DNA from: Candidatus Saccharimonadota bacterium
GTDB lineage: Bacteria; Patescibacteriota; Gracilibacteria; Absconditabacterales; Absconditicoccaceae
Reading direction: 5' to 3'
Assembly: GCA_965231145.1 (NCBI GenBank)
Contig: OZ246420.1
Location: 930,001-962,000, forward strand
Length of the DNA stretch: 32,000 bases
Part shown: positions 29,429 to 32,000 of the stretch, in pieces
How positions within the stretch are numbered: position 1 is the stretch's first letter
Layout: each line of letters starts with the position of its first letter
Program-made: the position numbers and the translations under genes
The notes under the pieces: model-generated
The model's input: the letters and a program-made list of their open reading frames with translations, nothing else
Databases searched by the model: none
Told to the model about the DNA's origin: nothing

Positions 29429-30247
29429 TTACTTATCACACAAAAACAAATATGCTCCTCTTCTTTCTATGATTTTTTCTTTTATCATTCCTTTAATTAC
29501 TTCATGAAACTTCTCATGCGGATACATTTTTTCAATATCTGCTATTTTTCATTTTTTATTTTTTATTAAATATTTAATCGTGTTTCCTCTCACTCGTCTT
29601 GTGGAACCGACGAACTGCGACTGAGGTGCAGAACGTATACCTGTCTTCTTACTCGTTAACACGAGTGCACCATAATCCATGAGTGCATTGTGTCGCTCAC
29701 GCGATTTGCCAGCTGGAATAAGTGTCTTAGCCACCTCTCTGAGTTCTTTATCACTCAGTGTTGGATCGAGACCAAGCTCGGTGATGATCACACGCTTAAT
29801 GTTAATATCTAGCACCGGGACTTCAGCATTATATGCAAATGCCATGACCGCATGCGCAGTGTAGTAGCCTACTCCCGTAAGAGCCAATAAGTCCTCTTCT
29901 GTATGTGGAAAATATTTCTTATCTTTTATCTCTGATCTCTTATTGGAGATTTGTATACCAGCTTTCCATAAATTAAGTCCACGACGATTGTAGCCGAGAC
30001 CAGACCACATTTCGAGTATCGTAATCTGTGATGCCTGAGCAAGATCTTCGACTGTGGGAAATTTCTCCAGCCGAGCTTTGTATTTGGTCTTTACTCTTTC
30101 TACCTGTGTTTGCTGCGACATAATCTCCGAAACTAAAATCTTGTAAGGATCGGTTGTCCTACGCCATGGTAAATCACGAGCATTGGTTTCATATCGTGAG
30201 AGTATCTTTGTCTGTAGCGCTTTTTTCTTTGTTGCATTGATTATCAT
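29429..30247 (-). CDS. MutY/EndoIII-superfamily HhH-GPD DNA glycosylase without Fe-S cluster cysteines and with a winged-helix-like C-terminal extension (272 aa)
   Basis: LPWRRTTDPYKILVSEIMSQQTQVERV is the MutY N-terminal signature including the catalytic Glu. LTGVGYYTAHAVMAFAY is the HhH motif. VPVLDINIKRV holds the catalytic Asp. After HNALMDYGALV there is no C-x6-C-x2-C-x5-C; the sequence is instead FVGSTRRVRGNTIKYLIKNKK. The frame continues through TGA 29549-29551 (KK-G-KIADIEKMYPHEKFHEVIKGMIKEKIIERRGAYLFLCDK) to TAA 29429-29431. Confidence 0.75.
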
Positions 30248-30672
30248 ATCCTGATAATAGTAAAATACACATGAAGAACAATTTATTTTTATAGTCTATT
30301 GTTTTTCTTCGTCCTGCCGGACGGGCGTTACTTTTTAGCATATCCCTAAAACCCCCGTAGTAAATACGGGGAAAAAGGTCTAGCAGATTTTAGCACTACG
30401 AGCCTGTGAGTTATTCACATATTGACTACTAAAGCCTTTCGTTCTCACGAACTCAATGCTCTTCGCATGAATCATTATTCACGGACTGGCTAAAGGAGAC
30501 GCAGGAAAAATCGGCATGTGAGAAACTTTTACCCCATCTCCGGCAGGAGAAAAGAAAATGCAAAATCCAGAGCAATAATATCATCTTCTGCCTTTATCAG
30601 AGCCGTTTTTGCGCTACGCCTTGCATCAAAAAGGCTAATCTGTATAGTGGTGACTACGTTTAGCTTATTACT

Positions 30673-31014
30673 ATGGTAACTATGGATTTTACAGGAAAGA
30701 TCATCTACAAAGGAGCAAAAGAGACTGTTGGACAAAATGGTTTTGAAAAACTTTCAATCGTACTCGAAGAAGTTACAGATAAAGATTATAAATCATCTCT
30801 TATGATAGAGTTCTTCAAGGATAAAATTGAACTTGCGGCACCTTTGAAGATGGGAGACACTATTAAAGCGTATGTTAACCCACGCGCAAAAGAATACAAT
30901 GGTCGTTGGTATAACAGCGTATCATGCTGGAAGATTGATATGATCTCTCAAGGATCTGGAAAAGCTACAAGTTCTGAAGACTCATATGATGACAATGAAG
31001 ATCTTCCGTTTTAA
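30673..31014 (+). CDS. DUF3127 OB-fold protein with SSB-like acidic C-terminal tip, 113 aa
   Basis: (MVT)MDFTGKIIYKGAKETVGQNGFEKLSIVLEE...MGDTIKAYVNPRAKEYNGRWYNSVSCWKID matches the DUF3127 pattern (i.GKii....g..f.k.efvle....gd.v.v.f....re.nGRw.....aWki). The tail is ...SSEDSYDDNEDLPF. An alternative ATG is at 30682. Confidence 0.75.
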   Translation: MVTMDFTGKIIYKGAKETVGQNGFEKLSIVLEEVTDKDYKSSLMIEFFKDKIELAAPLKMGDTIKAYVNPRAKEYNGRWYNSVSCWKIDMISQGSGKATSSEDSYDDNEDLPF

Positions 31015-31023
31015 TGGTAGAAC

Positions 31024-32000
31024 GTGAAAACGTTTTATCGTTTGATCGTATCATCCATCTCTATGAAATTACTTAAAGTTTCTTTCCCATACGAAAAGAT
31101 AACGCCACTTGCCATCAAAAGCATCACGGCTGCATATTTTCGCGGACATAAGAATCGCCCTTCTATGCAAGAGGCGTTTCTTTTTTCGCACATACAGAAA
31201 CACGCCGATACAGCCTTTGGAAGTGTGCATGATCTCTCCAGAGTCGACTCTGTTGAAGCTTTTCAAAGAGCAATTCCTCTCCAGCATTATGAAAGCATCT
31301 ATCCGCGGATCGAGCGCTGCCTGCGTGGAGAAAAAGATATACTTGTACGTGGAAAGATAGACCGGTTTGCTACATCATCGGGAACAACAGGGAAAAACAA
31401 GTATATTCCTGTGACGAAAGCTGCATTGAAATATAATCACTATCGTGCTGGAACGGATATGATTATGGCGTATGCAAGGGAAAATCCGACGACGAAAATG
31501 TGGCCTGGACAGGCGCTTGGCATTGGCGGATGATTTTCGTACAACCCATTTACCGGTAAGAAAAACGTTGGTTTCATCTCTGCCATACTGCAGCGCAATA
31601 TGCCACTACTCGTAAGGATGATGAAACAGCCTAAGGCAAATATTTCATACTTGAGTGACTGGCAAAAGAAAGTAGAGAAGATGATCGAGGTCACGAAAGA
31701 GAAAAATATTACCTCAATCTCCTGACAACCATCGCGATGCTCTGCGTATCTTGAGAAGATGCTCGCACATACAAAGAAAAAAAACATATTGGAAGTATGG
31801 CCGAACTTTGAGCTCGTCATACGATGAGGCATGGCAATAGACCTTTACAAGCCTATTTTCGAGCGTCTGCTCCCTTCGGAGCAAGTAAGATATTGCCAAG
31901 TCTACAACGCAAGTGAATGATTTTTTGCAGCCCAGCATGAAAACAATCGTGACGACATGCTTCTGTTTGTTGAGCATGCAGTATTTTATGAGTTTATACC
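31024..32000 (+). CDS. GH3 auxin-responsive-promoter family (acyl-adenylate-forming) protein, 3'-truncated by the window edge
   Basis: FATSSGTTGKNKYIPVT is the GH3/ANL P-loop-like motif. The frame stays open to position 32000 through TGA at 31531, 31723, 31825 and 31918 (GIGG-G-F, SIS-G-QPS, IR-G-GMA, NASE-G-FFA). The start is either GTG 31024 or ATG 31063. Confidence 0.75.

Noticed and set aside
30248-30672. RNase P RNA, tmRNA, SRP RNA or 6S RNA in the long intergenic region.
   Set aside because: I could not find the GGAAAGUCC or ACAGAA elements of RNase P, a tmRNA tag frame with tRNA-like ends, or the GGAAGCAGCC region of SRP RNA on either strand. The length is also too short for RNase P or tmRNA. 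The region remains an unclassified candidate.
1-32000. Genetic code 4 (UGA = Trp, as in Mycoplasma-like organisms) as the explanation for in-frame TGAs.
   Set aside because: The recoded positions are canonical glycines: LRGxGExLGxxQSG in RecG, RDG(S/T)GF in AsnRS, PGYY/GGG in DUF2461, TGTG/TGL in Fn3. They also alternate with GGN codons in paralogous repeats. None is a typical Trp position.

Overview
This moderately AT-rich bacterial window reads UGA as glycine (NCBI table 25), which is known only from Gracilibacteria/BD1-5 and Absconditabacteria/SR1 in the Candidate Phyla Radiation. The supplied ORF track treats TGA as a stop, so most genes appear as fragments. Read with TAA/TAG as the only stops, the fragments join into complete genes. 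In recognisable families (RecG, AsnRS, DUF2461, DUF2132, MGMT-like, GH3, SLH, Fn3) every in-frame TGA I could place falls on a conserved Gly position. More than half the window (4871-22243, minus strand) is two tandem paralogous giant genes of 3,199 and 2,541 codons. Each has a Sec signal peptide, four LamG-type lectin domains interleaved with Fn3 domains, 10-12 tandem Fn3 repeats of about 270 bp, a beta-rich stalk and three C-terminal SLH-like wall-anchor repeats. Only the first gene carries an embedded SGNH/sialate-O-acetylesterase-like domain. The two genes share promoter architecture and near-identical C-termini, and both contain near-identical internal repeats. I read them as the S-layer or host-attachment apparatus of an episymbiotic or predatory CPR cell, and they are the main item of interest. 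Flanking genes are recG, a LysE-family exporter, a THUMP RNA methyltransferase, an RRM RNA-binding protein, asnS, and a run of small genes, several repair-related (DUF559, DUF2132, DUF2461, PhnB/VOC, MGMT-like, possible DinB-like, cluster-less MutY-like glycosylase, DUF3127 with an SSB-like tail), ending in a 3'-truncated GH3-family gene. I saw no rRNA, canonical tRNA, CRISPR array, transposase or integrase. Several structured or repeated non-coding elements are flagged as candidates. All coordinates come from hand translation; domain boundaries are approximate, and domain and family names are assigned from memory of family consensus motifs, not from a search.
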